DNA from: a virus
Direction: 5' to 3' (one strand)
DNA: 64,000 bases
IMG/VR virus record: IMGVR_UViG_3300024983_000137
Both the position numbers and the translations under genes were made by a program. A model generated the notes under the pieces. That model was not told the DNA's origin. It saw only the letters and a list, made by a program, of their open reading frames with translations, and searched no databases. Positions 28,667-38,623 of this stretch are shown here, piece after piece (position 1 is the first letter of the stretch; every line of letters starts with the position of its first letter).

Positions 28667-29452
28667 TTAAACGCTCTTTAAATCATAATTCGCAGTCAAA
28701 GCTTCCACCTTCCTCTTATTCGAATTACGGCTCGCAGATAGCACCATATCCTTGTCATCATTAAACCAACTACATTCTGTACGTGCAGCTGTTAGATACT
28801 CATTAGGATAACTGCTCATTAGAAACTTCCCTTTGATCGTCTTCAGCGTATCAATAAGCTCATTGAAATGCTCTTGTGTGTAACCTCCGTAATGACCCTG
28901 ATTGCTGTCAACGTATGGCGGATCAAGGTAGAAGAACGTTTCCGGCGTGTCCTGCTTTTTAATCAGCTCCACAGCATCTTTATTCTCAATCTGAACAAAA
29001 TCTAATCTTTGAGATAAAACCTCGTCAAACAGTAGCTTTTTATTGAAATTGAGCTTTGCCTCCTTACTTCGGGTGGTTGAACTGCGCCAGGAACCTATCT
29101 TATTACTGAAGCCTTGAATTGTCCCAACCCAAAAAGCCCAGGCGCGAACTTCCGGCCGGAAGATAAAAGGATTCTCATACACAACCATTGCCTGCTTATA
29201 TACATCTCTCGAATAAGGTGTGGCATCAATGAGTTTCTTCAGTTCTTTATAGTTTGTTTTTAACTGATGGTAGAAATTGACAACATTAGCATTGTAATCA
29301 TTGATAATTTCAACATCTGCTGGTTCTTTAGCAAAAAAGACAGCGCCTCCGCCAAAGAACGGTTCTACATATACGTGATGTTCCGGAATGATTGGTAAAA
29401 TGTGTTTTAGCATACTCTGCTTTCCTCCGTAATAACTAATTGGTGTTTTCAT
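28667..29452 (-). CDS. DNA adenine methyltransferase (Dam/D12 family)
   Basis: YYGGKQ, YVEPFFGGGAV (SAM binding), FYLDPPY (catalytic). Confidence 0.9.
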   Translation of the reverse strand: MKTPISYYGGKQSMLKHILPIIPEHHVYVEPFFGGGAVFFAKEPADVEIINDYNANVVNFYHQLKTNYKELKKLIDATPYSRDVYKQAMVVYENPFIFRPEVRAWAFWVGTIQGFSNKIGSWRSSTTRSKEAKLNFNKKLLFDEVLSQRLDFVQIENKDAVELIKKQDTPETFFYLDPPYVDSNQGHYGGYTQEHFNELIDTLKTIKGKFLMSSYPNEYLTAARTECSWFNDDKDMVLSASRNSNKRKVEALTANYDLKSV

Positions 29453-29595
29453 TTTTTAATCTTTAAATTGTTTTTACTTTTGCATCACCGCACAAAAAAA
29501 TTGCATAAACGCACTCCAAGGATATTAGTCCTCGGTAGCGTTTATGCGATTTTCTTTTTTTTGTGTGGTAACTTAAAAGGAGGCCGGGGACTTTT

Positions 29596-30381
29596 TTACC
29601 TGAACACCACCCCGTCAAATGAGATCACATAAGTATAGTCGTCCGGAACACTGTTTACCCATGCTTTCAGTTTTACTTCTCCGTTAGTCTGAATAGTGAC
29701 CTGAATCATTTTAGCAGATGAAGACAGCGGAAGGGAAAGCACCTGCTCGGTTCCCGGGCGATAGCCAGCCGGCAACGTGAATAACGTACTACCAATAGAT
29801 AAATCCTCTGCCCATCGGCGACCAGTTAAATGAATTCCTGAAGCAAAATCTTTCCAACCTCTGATCAGGTAAGTTCCTTCCAATGTTTCTCCCGGAGGAA
29901 TCGTCTGTGTAACCAATGTTGTCATGGGAGACAGACGAGATTTCAGCTGTGTTTCTATTGATTGTATTGCCGTAACATAAGAGCTGTAATCCACAGCTCC
30001 AACAGGCAACGTATTCGATTGAATCAGTTTTCCGCGTCTGATAGCATATACGTCATGTGTGAGGCCATTTTTAAATTCTTTCAAGCCGGACGGATCAAAT
30101 GATTCAATCACATCAAAGTACTTATACGTAGTGCCTGCGTCTGGTTCGCTTTGGGATGGAACAAAAAACACCTCATTATTCAAGAAGATAAAACCTTCAG
30201 TTAAGGTCAGGGTTCCGCCACTGATCGAAAGTGAACAGCCTGATAAAATTATCTGCGTATTGTTATTCAGAAGCGGAGAAGCCAAACCTTTAAAGGCTTC
30301 AAAAAGTCCGGTTTCTATCCAGCGAAAATCATTCATTTTTAAATTAAAACCGCCGTTATAAGTTGTGGTGAGCCTATTCAT
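29596..30381 (-). CDS. Tail fibre / distal tail protein, 261 aa
   Basis: Last gene of the tail operon; C-terminal FTLPAGYRP motif common in tail fibres. Confidence 0.6.
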   Translation of the reverse strand: MNRLTTTYNGGFNLKMNDFRWIETGLFEAFKGLASPLLNNNTQIILSGCSLSISGGTLTLTEGFIFLNNEVFFVPSQSEPDAGTTYKYFDVIESFDPSGLKEFKNGLTHDVYAIRRGKLIQSNTLPVGAVDYSSYVTAIQSIETQLKSRLSPMTTLVTQTIPPGETLEGTYLIRGWKDFASGIHLTGRRWAEDLSIGSTLFTLPAGYRPGTEQVLSLPLSSSAKMIQVTIQTNGEVKLKAWVNSVPDDYTYVISFDGVVFR

Positions 30382-30847
30382 ATTTAATAGTATAATTAAT
30401 AGATGGTAACTTGTATTTTTTGACTAAAGCATGGAAATAGTCCTGATTAAATACCAAAGCAATTGGTATGTGAATGATAAATCCGGATAATGATTCATCA
30501 GATTTAAAAATGTAAAGAGGATCTTCCAGTTCTGAAGCGTTGAAAACAAACGTTTCCTCATTCTGTTCCTCCACATTAAAGATGTAAACATCGTCTGACT
30601 CTATGTAATCTTCAATCCAGATACGTTTTAAAGCCCCGTCAAATTCCCGGTTCAACAATTCTTCCAGCACACACACCTGACCGTTCCAGATAAGTTCATA
30701 AGTTTTGCGGTCATAAAATTGCTGGAACTGTGTGTGAAGGCTAATTAATGGCTTCATGACACATTGGATATACAACAACAACTCTATTCTATAAAGCCGG
30801 GGAGAAACCAAAACAGAAATCAAGTATATAAAGTCTATTGTGATCAT
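30374..30847 (-). CDS. Baseplate wedge-like protein
   Basis: Follows the gpJ-like gene; WNGQVCVLEELLNREFD motif. Confidence 0.6.
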   Translation of the reverse strand: MITIDFIYLISVLVSPRLYRIELLLYIQCVMKPLISLHTQFQQFYDRKTYELIWNGQVCVLEELLNREFDGALKRIWIEDYIESDDVYIFNVEEQNEETFVFNASELEDPLYIFKSDESLSGFIIHIPIALVFNQDYFHALVKKYKLPSINYTIKYE

Positions 30848-31707
30848 GCTATCAGATATGTAATTGTTATTGCCAAAGGAAATGCCGGATCAATTTTCAT
30901 AAAGCCAGCATTAGGCGTGTAATAATCGCCAACCGGCTGATAAGGATTAGCACCGTATTGAACGTCGCACGACTGTAATACAGGATTCTCAACTCCTAAA
31001 GCTCTCTGAATTTGATCTGTTAAATCTGTAGGTGTGAAAATGCCGTTAAATGGCAAATTACGGATGTAATTATTGATAGCATCTTCTACCGGTTTAACGG
31101 ACGGATCCGAAAGTAATACACCCGAAGTATTCATCACCATAGGATCAATATAAACCTTGTAATATACTTTCATTAAATCAGCAGATCGAGAAACTGCCCC
31201 AACTTTCAGACCAGCGAACTTGATTTTTTTCAAATAAATATCAAAGGCATCTTTTTCCGGACCAGTCAATGGTTCCGGATCATTTCCGTTTAGTTTCGCC
31301 ACTTTAATAAGCACCATTTCTGTCAGCTCCGTTACGGAAGCCATTTTAATGATTCGCGCGGATTCGTTAACAGTTGGATATACGAATTCAGTTCCATTAA
31401 AAACCAAAGCGTCGCCGTATTGAAACTCTAATGCTTTCTGCTGATACCAGAATGTATTACCGACGCGTATCTGTTTTGCTCGGTTTTCAATCCATGCTCT
31501 GTGTTCATCGAACAACTTTTCAATTGTCCATACAGCAACAGCTGTAACGAAGAATATCAATCGCCAGACCGCTACTTTACTGCTCGTTGTTAAATCACTT
31601 AACAAGGCCTGATAGGATGAAATGTTTGGCTGTAATGCTGTAAGCTGAGCCATTGATTCTTTCTCAGCGATCATTTCATCATAAATAACTTTAATCGTTC
31701 GTGCCAT
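30844..31707 (-). CDS. Baseplate J-like protein
   Basis: MARTIKVIY...SKVAVWRL...WYQQKALEFQYGD; position in the operon. Confidence 0.7.
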   Translation of the reverse strand: MARTIKVIYDEMIAEKESMAQLTALQPNISSYQALLSDLTTSSKVAVWRLIFFVTAVAVWTIEKLFDEHRAWIENRAKQIRVGNTFWYQQKALEFQYGDALVFNGTEFVYPTVNESARIIKMASVTELTEMVLIKVAKLNGNDPEPLTGPEKDAFDIYLKKIKFAGLKVGAVSRSADLMKVYYKVYIDPMVMNTSGVLLSDPSVKPVEDAINNYIRNLPFNGIFTPTDLTDQIQRALGVENPVLQSCDVQYGANPYQPVGDYYTPNAGFMKIDPAFPLAITITYLIA

Positions 31708-31718
31708 ATCTTTTGTTT

Positions 31719-31937
31719 TTATTCATCTTCCGGATCAGGAATTATACACTCGGTTGGAGTGTCCTCATAATAAGCTGCTCCTATTCCTGCCAGTGCAGCA
31801 TCCCAGATTGCCAATTGAGCAGTATCATTATCTGCTAATGCCTGTTCGTACTCTTCAACAGTGATTCTTCCGAATCCTGCTATACCAACTCCTGTAGGTG
31901 CTTCAATGCACTCAGGTAATTTCCAAAATGATCCCAT
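31719..31937 (-). CDS. Small acidic tail-region protein
   Basis: 72-aa ORF in the operon. Confidence 0.45.
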   Translation of the reverse strand: MGSFWKLPECIEAPTGVGIAGFGRITVEEYEQALADNDTAQLAIWDAALAGIGAAYYEDTPTECIIPDPEDE

Positions 31938-31961
31938 TTATTTTGTTTAATTGTTTACTAA

Positions 31962-33356
31962 CTAATAAAATATATTCCATCCTTTTGTGTATAATGTCGT
32001 TTCCACAGATGATCCGGAACCGCCGAATGAACTATACTGAAGTGATGTCATAGTAATAATCCCTCCTACATTTGCGAAGCCTAAACTATTAGCATATTCG
32101 GCGAATCCGACCACTCCAAAAACAGAAGTTTGTGTAATATTATGACTCACTTTATACCCATCTAAGCAAAGTGAAATGCAGTTCAGCAGTCCCGTTAGTT
32201 CGATGGAGAAGGTTTGTGATGACATATTACGAAGGCGTATTCTCTTCGCCTTGGAGGAGGAAACGACAGACACTGATAAGCTGACAGTAAGTATCATGTC
32301 AAGGTCTATTTCTTCAATATTTGAAGCCGTAAAAATAGTGGTGGCATTGACCGGTCTAAACAATACCCCTTCAGGTAGTGTTCTAAGAGGGCAGAGATTA
32401 AAAGCATTCGTGGCAATGTCTATATCATAAGTACCGGGGCTGATCTCAAGATTTTGCAAATTAGTGGCTGAATTAAAAAGGGAAGAGATATTTTTCAATT
32501 TAAAATTTTTAAATACAACAGATTCAAGCATTGAAGCTGGCTGTGAAGAAGAACCGAAATTGACTGTCCCCGAAATAACATTGGTATCGTTTGACACAAT
32601 GATTTCTAAAATATTAATCGGGCGATTCCCGTAGGTAGTAGTGCCAGATGCTCCTATATTGAATGATGTATTTCTTGAACCATTTGAAGATTTTATCTTC
32701 AGCCATACTTGGCGATATCCTCTAAATTCGGAACCAGGCAATCCTATATTATAACCAAACATAAGATTAGTGAATCCAGATGTTATTGTTGCTACAGGCG
32801 GCAAAGAAACATCGGAATATACTTCGACAACAGTTGATCCTGAAAACCAATTTATTCCTCCTAACGAAAGCCAGTTAGGACTTTGTGAAAATAAAGCAAA
32901 CAGAAGCCAGTAACAGTTGTCATTTGACGGAATTACAGGACGTGTCAGCCATTTAGTCGGGCGTTGCCAGCTACGTTCAGGGAGTTCGACAAGCAGATCA
33001 TTACCACTTCCGGAAACTGTCAGAATATTGCCTGATGTATCTTTTACAACTATATCCTGAGTAGTTCCTGCCTGCCAAATATTGAAAGGCTGACCGTTTA
33101 CCGTTACTGTCACATTGTAAGGATCTGTTCCGCTCATGCTACCAATAACCGGGTATTCAACAGATGAAGGATTCAAGACCGTAACAACGTCCTCATTGAT
33201 CACTCCAGGAGCGATATATTCTCCTTCAGGAATATCTAATACTGTCAATGAATTGGAGCTCATGAAATCAAATAATCCCGATATTGCGCCGGAATGCTGG
33301 AGCAATACGTCAAAGATCGTTTGTGGATCCTGTTTAATTATACGTTGCTGTTGCAT
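31962..33356 (-). CDS. Putative receptor-binding tail protein (LysM-like N-terminus, repeat-rich C-terminus)
   Basis: QTIFDVLLQHSG...NSL N-terminus; Ser/Asn/Leu-rich C-terminal region; in the baseplate cluster. Confidence 0.5.
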   Translation of the reverse strand: MQQQRIIKQDPQTIFDVLLQHSGAISGLFDFMSSNSLTVLDIPEGEYIAPGVINEDVVTVLNPSSVEYPVIGSMSGTDPYNVTVTVNGQPFNIWQAGTTQDIVVKDTSGNILTVSGSGNDLLVELPERSWQRPTKWLTRPVIPSNDNCYWLLFALFSQSPNWLSLGGINWFSGSTVVEVYSDVSLPPVATITSGFTNLMFGYNIGLPGSEFRGYRQVWLKIKSSNGSRNTSFNIGASGTTTYGNRPINILEIIVSNDTNVISGTVNFGSSSQPASMLESVVFKNFKLKNISSLFNSATNLQNLEISPGTYDIDIATNAFNLCPLRTLPEGVLFRPVNATTIFTASNIEEIDLDMILTVSLSVSVVSSSKAKRIRLRNMSSQTFSIELTGLLNCISLCLDGYKVSHNITQTSVFGVVGFAEYANSLGFANVGGIITMTSLQYSSFGGSGSSVETTLYTKGWNIFY

Positions 33357-33627
33357 TTACTTCTGTTGTTGCTGTATTTACACTTACTTTGATATTTTTT
33401 GCTCCATCCGCTTCAAGCTGAAGCTGAATGTTTCTTTCCAGTTCCGCAGCGATCTTCGGAGACATCGGCGCATTCACATATTGAAGAATGTTAACCCCGA
33501 TCAGCGGATGCTGCTTAAAGTGTCCAGGAGCTGAAGTTATCACATGGTTAATGTGCTGCTCATCGCTGTAATCAACGTTAAAATCACCATTTTTAAAAAT
33601 GTCTGCAATAATGATATCCTTAGCCAT
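33334..33627 (-). CDS. gp25-like baseplate wedge protein
   Basis: GDFNVDYSDEQH...PGHFKQHPLIGV. Confidence 0.55.
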   Translation of the reverse strand: MAKDIIIADIFKNGDFNVDYSDEQHINHVITSAPGHFKQHPLIGVNILQYVNAPMSPKIAAELERNIQLQLEADGAKNIKVSVNTATTEVNATATYN

Positions 33628-34162
33628 GAGTTACATTTTTGTTTTCCATATCCTTAAAAGTGATTGCCTGAGAAGACATAGCACCATTGAACGCAGTTGC
33701 TCCATTCGGGCCGCTGGCTGCGGTTGAAGCTCCGACTGCATTCAACCCTGTCATTACAGCATTCTTCATTGCCTCACAATATTGCTTCAGTGCATCCAGG
33801 TTATTTTCCAGGTCTTTCAGTTTGACCAGGCCGCCAAAATCATCACCGCGCAGCTTCAGCTGTTCCTTTGGCATCAGCTCCATATTGACTATCTCGCTAA
33901 ACAAAACAACTTTTAAATTTTCCAGCTTGCCATCGGCCATAGCACACAACACGATACTACCAACCTCCGGCTCTATGAATACGCCTGTCTCGTCATCGTT
34001 CAATACTGATCTGATCGTCACATCTTCCACGGTTCCGCCCTGGTTCAATTCAACTGATATTGTCCAGTTCACGGACTCAAAAGACTTTACTGTTCCGATC
34101 AGCAGATCAGGCTTAATCATCGACTTAACGACTTGTCTTATTGCTTTTACAATTTCACTCAT
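33620..34162 (-). CDS. Baseplate spike (gpV-like)
   Basis: N-terminal OB-like region with PEVGSIV; follows the hub gene. Confidence 0.6.
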   Translation of the reverse strand: MSEIVKAIRQVVKSMIKPDLLIGTVKSFESVNWTISVELNQGGTVEDVTIRSVLNDDETGVFIEPEVGSIVLCAMADGKLENLKVVLFSEIVNMELMPKEQLKLRGDDFGGLVKLKDLENNLDALKQYCEAMKNAVMTGLNAVGASTAASGPNGATAFNGAMSSQAITFKDMENKNVTHG

Positions 34163-35115
34163 GCGCTTGCTTTTGGTCCTGGTTGTACATCTTGTTCTAT
34201 TCCGGATACTCCGAAGGAATACTTTACACCGTCGATATAATAATCACCTGTTTTGTCTGAATCCTGAGAATTCTGAAGCGTCAGTATATCGCCATGGAAA
34301 ACGATCGGTGCGCCGAACAATTTAAGATCACCACGATAGCCATCATACTTTAGTTTCTCAGCTTCAGCCTCGGCAATTGGTTGCAATTGACTTTTGGGAA
34401 TGTTAAAGAAATTAAGTGTTCGTTCTTCTCCGTCCGGATCACCAAACTCCACCTCTTCTTTTTTGCCATTAGCCATGTTTGAGATGGCAGTTACTTTAAT
34501 CTTCACATCTTCTTTAGCCATATATTCCAGATTCTGAGATTTCACATTGCAATCAGAAGACTGATCAATAATCACTGTGTGCCGCTGATTGGAAGAGTCA
34601 GAATATTGTTTTCCAACGACCAACCAGCCTTTTCGGAAAAAGGAGTGAAAGCCGTATTCCTCTTTAATCTCATCCAGCAGCTGTGCACCTGTCTTTTTAC
34701 TGACTACCTTTGAAGGAATCGTCACATCAAAAGCATCCACAGGAACGTTTAACACTCTCTGCAGGTAATCGCCCAATTTTTCATTTTTACAATTCTCGTT
34801 GATCTGAATACGCTTTAAATTCCACATCTCATCTTCACATTCAATCTCCACCGGCACTTTACTTCGAACCCGTGCAACATATCCTTTAAATATCTCTGTT
34901 AATGGTGTGCCTTCATAGCCTATCTTTACTGATACTTCACTGCCAACAGGGATTGCTTTTTTCAAATCATTGTAATCAATTTTCAATGCGGCAGGAAGCA
35001 TAATAACAGCCTTATCCGTGAACTCTTTCCACGAACTTTCAACTGTAACCTGGTGAACAAAGTCAAACCAATAGTTACCGATCGTTATGCTGCTTTTTAA
35101 AACTTCCATACTCAA
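34159..35115 (-). CDS. Baseplate hub (late-control-D-like)
   Basis: KIGYEG...FKGYV...IECEDEMW; YDGYRGDLKLFGAP. Confidence 0.7.
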   Translation of the reverse strand: MSMEVLKSSITIGNYWFDFVHQVTVESSWKEFTDKAVIMLPAALKIDYNDLKKAIPVGSEVSVKIGYEGTPLTEIFKGYVARVRSKVPVEIECEDEMWNLKRIQINENCKNEKLGDYLQRVLNVPVDAFDVTIPSKVVSKKTGAQLLDEIKEEYGFHSFFRKGWLVVGKQYSDSSNQRHTVIIDQSSDCNVKSQNLEYMAKEDVKIKVTAISNMANGKKEEVEFGDPDGEERTLNFFNIPKSQLQPIAEAEAEKLKYDGYRGDLKLFGAPIVFHGDILTLQNSQDSDKTGDYYIDGVKYSFGVSGIEQDVQPGPKASA

Positions 35116-35753
35116 TACATTGGTGCGGTTGATTTAAGATCAATGATCAGTGGCAGTGGTTTGGTCTCTTTTGCATTGAAGGAATAGGCCTGAAGATTCC
35201 AGTGAGGTGTTTTCGTTAGCGTTTCTGACAATACAACGATTTCGTAAATCCCCAGCTTATTCATCAGCTCATGTTCTATTTCAATAGGTGAGCTCTGATT
35301 CATCCATCCTTCGTATTCAATTACTTCTTCCAGCGGATATCTCGGTTCATTAGTGCTTAGAATTCCGGATACGGTAATTTGCCATTCACCATTATTAATG
35401 AATTCGTCAACAGAAGTATCCCTGCCCTGAACAATGGTTGAGACAATATTTTTTGTCCTGGTTAATTCAACAACCGCCGATTCAAGTAACATATCTCTTT
35501 GTCCCGGCTTGCCTTTAAATAATAATGGTTGCCACAGTGGCATTCCCGGCAGATAAGAAGACATGCCATAGTCTTTCTTGGATGCGATTGAAATATTCTC
35601 ATAACCGATCGCAATCTTTGTAGCTTCCTCCAGCGCGATTTCATATTCTATCTTGTCACGGGACGAAAGCAACTTGTTGACAGCAACACCAAGCGCCGGA
35701 TAGTAATTAATATCCGCCGCCATCACTGCTAAATCTTGTATTTTAAATTCCAT
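35112..35753 (-). CDS. Tail tube initiator-like protein (DUF6046-like)
   Basis: KNIVSTIVQGRDTSVDEFI; directly after the tape measure gene. Confidence 0.6.
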   Translation of the reverse strand: MEFKIQDLAVMAADINYYPALGVAVNKLLSSRDKIEYEIALEEATKIAIGYENISIASKKDYGMSSYLPGMPLWQPLLFKGKPGQRDMLLESAVVELTRTKNIVSTIVQGRDTSVDEFINNGEWQITVSGILSTNEPRYPLEEVIEYEGWMNQSSPIEIEHELMNKLGIYEIVVLSETLTKTPHWNLQAYSFNAKETKPLPLIIDLKSTAPMY

Positions 35754-35764
35754 TTAAACACTTT

Positions 35765-38017
35765 TTAAATTGCGGTTTCATAATCTCGCACAGCTCCGAT
35801 CAAAGCTTCGGATACTTGTTTCTTAATATCTGCAGCCCCTTCTTTTACTGAGCTTGTCTGAATGATCAGATTCTCCACCAGGCGTTCTATTCGAACACTG
35901 ATGTTTCGCTTTTCACCTCCGGAACCTGATCCGGAAGAACTACCGGAAGCCGCCGATCCTGATTTCTGACCTAAGCGTGACTTTAAGCGTGTAATTTCAC
36001 CAGCCAGCCTGTAGTATTCTTTTGTACCGATCTTTGTTGCCGATTTCTGCTCTTCCAGTAACTTGATCTGCTTCTTAATCGCTGCTTCCGTATCATCCGC
36101 CGGTTGCTGTTTCGTTTCCAGATCAGGAATCGCCACCGGAGCTTCCGGCTGTGTTGCTTCGGGTTGTGACGAAGTCTTTTGTGCGTTCAGTTCTTTTTGT
36201 AAAGAGGCAACATTTTTTCGGTATTGAGATTGTTTTTGCCGCGACTCTTTTCCTGATTCATGCCAAGCTGACGTTCCCGTTAACCAATGAGCAGCAATGT
36301 TTGCGATGTTAGGCCCATCCTGCTTATTAAGAAGCTCATCTTTCTTTTCCTGAACCAGAAGTTCTTTATTCGCTTCTAATTCCGCTTGCTTATCAATATT
36401 TTTGATAAGATCCTTATAAGCACTATTTAAGTCTTCTATACGTCCTTTGTGCAGATCATACTTTTGAATGATGCCAGGATACTTGTTGTTTAATTCTGTC
36501 AAGGCCTGCTTGTAATCGTCAGAACCTTTTTTGGCGGATTTTAAACGGCCGAAAAGCAGATCCAGTTCTGTACGTTCTTCTACTGTCTTTTCAATTACCT
36601 TTTGTTTAACAGCAGCTTGAACCTGTGCCGCTACAGTATTTGTTTTCATCGCTCGTGTGAGCGCATAAATTCCAGCGGCAGCTGCCACAGTACCGGTAAT
36701 GATCAGGCCGATCGGATTAGCGTTCATCGCAGCATTCCATATCAATTGAGATGCGGACGCTGCTTTGGTTGCCACATTCTGGTAAATTGTGGATTTACGA
36801 AGTAGTTCGATTCCACTTTTCGCACCGGTAACTAATGGAACAAACGCCGATATTTCACGAACAGTTTCGCTCAGAGGTGTCAGGTAGGCAATCGTTCCGC
36901 CTGTCAGGTTGTACAACGACACTTTCATATCATCAACACGCGCCTGCCAGCGTGCGAGCTTTTCCTCGTCAGATTCCATCATGGTTGCTGCATAACGCTG
37001 CGCCTCGTTGGTTCCTCTGATGGACGCTGTCATTTCATCCTGCGCATCTGCAGTAGCGATCAATGCTTGTGCAGCTCCGGAATAAGGACCGCCGAATAAT
37101 GCCCCGATCAACGCAGTATCTTTAGCGATTGGTTTCAGCATTCGGAGTTTATCTGTGAATGACACCGTGGTATCCGCTAATTTGCTGATGTCAATACCAG
37201 CACCCCGCAATTCGTCCTGAACTTTCTCCGGCAGGAAACGGCCTTTTGAGAGCTGCTCCAATACATTTCGAAGAGCAGTTCCACCTTCTGCAGATTTATA
37301 GTTTGCTTTGTCCAGGAACTGAAGAGATGAAAGCATTTGTTCAAATTCCAAGCCAGCACGTTTTGCAGCACCTCCGGCAACACCAACTGCCGCCTGCAGT
37401 TGTGGCAATTCTGATGATCCGGCATTTGCGGAGGCAGCCATGGCATTCATCATGACCGTCATTTGCTCCTGCGCTTTTGCGGCATTGGTCAGGTCAACAT
37501 TGTATTGTTGTACTGCAGTGGAAAGTACTGCGGCAGCTCCGGGCACATCTCCACCCATAGATTTTGCCAAGACCTCCGCATTACGAGCCATAAGATTAAA
37601 CACTTTCGGTTGTTGTGCCAGCTCCGGTCCGAGCTGCGCAAGAATCAACTTGAAAGTTTCAATGGATTTAGCGGCATCACCCCCGAATTCCTTCGCGTTC
37701 TCGCGGGCCATATTACCAAGCTCCCGCAGTTTTTTACCGGTAATCCCGGACATTGCCTCCAGCTCTTTCAGAGCAGCGTTATACTTTAATCCCGGCTCAG
37801 CAGCATTACGTAAACCTTCCGAAACATTATCAATACCCTGAATGACTGATTGAAAAGAAATATTCTTCAAAGATTTGCGCATGGATTCCCATGTGTCTTT
37901 CGAAGCTTTTTCCACATCTTCCACTTTATCACGCAACGAGGTTACTTCCGATCGGAGCTTTTTCAGCTCTTCGAAAATACCGTGGCCGATATTCATATCG
38001 AATGTTGCGTCACTCAT
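35765..38017 (-). CDS. Tape measure protein
   Basis: 750 aa, Ala-rich helical; KSAEGGTALRN motif (TP901-like core); follows the chaperone genes. Confidence 0.85.
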   Translation of the reverse strand: MSDATFDMNIGHGIFEELKKLRSEVTSLRDKVEDVEKASKDTWESMRKSLKNISFQSVIQGIDNVSEGLRNAAEPGLKYNAALKELEAMSGITGKKLRELGNMARENAKEFGGDAAKSIETFKLILAQLGPELAQQPKVFNLMARNAEVLAKSMGGDVPGAAAVLSTAVQQYNVDLTNAAKAQEQMTVMMNAMAASANAGSSELPQLQAAVGVAGGAAKRAGLEFEQMLSSLQFLDKANYKSAEGGTALRNVLEQLSKGRFLPEKVQDELRGAGIDISKLADTTVSFTDKLRMLKPIAKDTALIGALFGGPYSGAAQALIATADAQDEMTASIRGTNEAQRYAATMMESDEEKLARWQARVDDMKVSLYNLTGGTIAYLTPLSETVREISAFVPLVTGAKSGIELLRKSTIYQNVATKAASASQLIWNAAMNANPIGLIITGTVAAAAGIYALTRAMKTNTVAAQVQAAVKQKVIEKTVEERTELDLLFGRLKSAKKGSDDYKQALTELNNKYPGIIQKYDLHKGRIEDLNSAYKDLIKNIDKQAELEANKELLVQEKKDELLNKQDGPNIANIAAHWLTGTSAWHESGKESRQKQSQYRKNVASLQKELNAQKTSSQPEATQPEAPVAIPDLETKQQPADDTEAAIKKQIKLLEEQKSATKIGTKEYYRLAGEITRLKSRLGQKSGSAASGSSSGSGSGGEKRNISVRIERLVENLIIQTSSVKEGAADIKKQVSEALIGAVRDYETAI

Positions 38018-38226
38018 TGTTCTTGTGGGTTATTGATTGCTATATATGCTTGTATTACTGCAGATTTTATCGTTTCTCCCATTGCTGCTGCCGCGCGTTT
38101 TTCTTTGTAGTCTAACAGCCACAACACATCTCTGGAGCGTTCGATAAATTCTTCATTGGTTAATGAATTGGGGTCTAAGTGAAGCTCACTGCGGATTAAC
38201 ACAGCGAGCTTTCTGAATTCGGCCAT
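38014..38226 (-). CDS. Tail assembly chaperone C-terminal extension (gpT-like; probably made by -1 frameshift)
   Basis: In the -1 frame of the upstream gene and open from the A AAA AAG site. Confidence 0.7.
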   Translation of the reverse strand: MAEFRKLAVLIRSELHLDPNSLTNEEFIERSRDVLWLLDYKEKRAAAAMGETIKSAVIQAYIAINNPQEQ

Positions 38227-38252
38227 CCCTATTTCCCCAGGTATGGGAGTGG

Positions 38253-38606
38253 CTATAGCTTTTTTGAGCTTGCCTTATAGAATTTAAATAGTGAGGCGAT
38301 CTCGTTGGCTACTGCGAGTTTCAATTCATCTTCTGAATTGATCAGTGGATCCCCACCCAGATAACAATTCTGAAACAGGAACAGATTTTGCTTCACACTA
38401 TCGTCAGGTGCATATTCTTCTGCAGCCAGAATCTCATCTAAGCCTGGTTTACGAGCAACACCAATGATCTCTTCAAATTCCTGCTCTTTTCCCTCCTCGC
38501 GTGGAAGAGGTATTTTTACGGGAATCTCATAAATCTTGTGATCCCCATATTCTTTTTTCCATGCTGCTATCTGGGCAGGTGTTACTGATCTTAATTTCTT
38601 TGTCAT
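38253..38606 (-). CDS. Tail assembly chaperone (gpG-like)
   Basis: Between tube and tape measure; ends tcA AAA AAG cta tag. Confidence 0.75.
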   Translation of the reverse strand: MTKKLRSVTPAQIAAWKKEYGDHKIYEIPVKIPLPREEGKEQEFEEIIGVARKPGLDEILAAEEYAPDDSVKQNLFLFQNCYLGGDPLINSEDELKLAVANEIASLFKFYKASSKKL

Positions 38607-38623
38607 TTTATATTAATTAATGA

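Noticed and set aside
28574-28681. Read-through of MRKIKITDE into a 44-aa ORF
   Set aside because: Chance continuation into prophage end sequence; the biologically coherent continuation is at 63673.
29596-33356. Gin-type invertible tail-fibre segment or a third VR
   Set aside because: No invertase gene, no flanking inverted repeats and no TR-like sequence noticed by eye; a computational scan would be needed to exclude a degenerate VR.
33687-34325. Long antisense ORFs from the track (for example 33687-34325 +, 4745-5251 -, 24818-25246 -)
   Set aside because: They are shadows of well-supported genes on the opposite strand and have no recognisable motifs.
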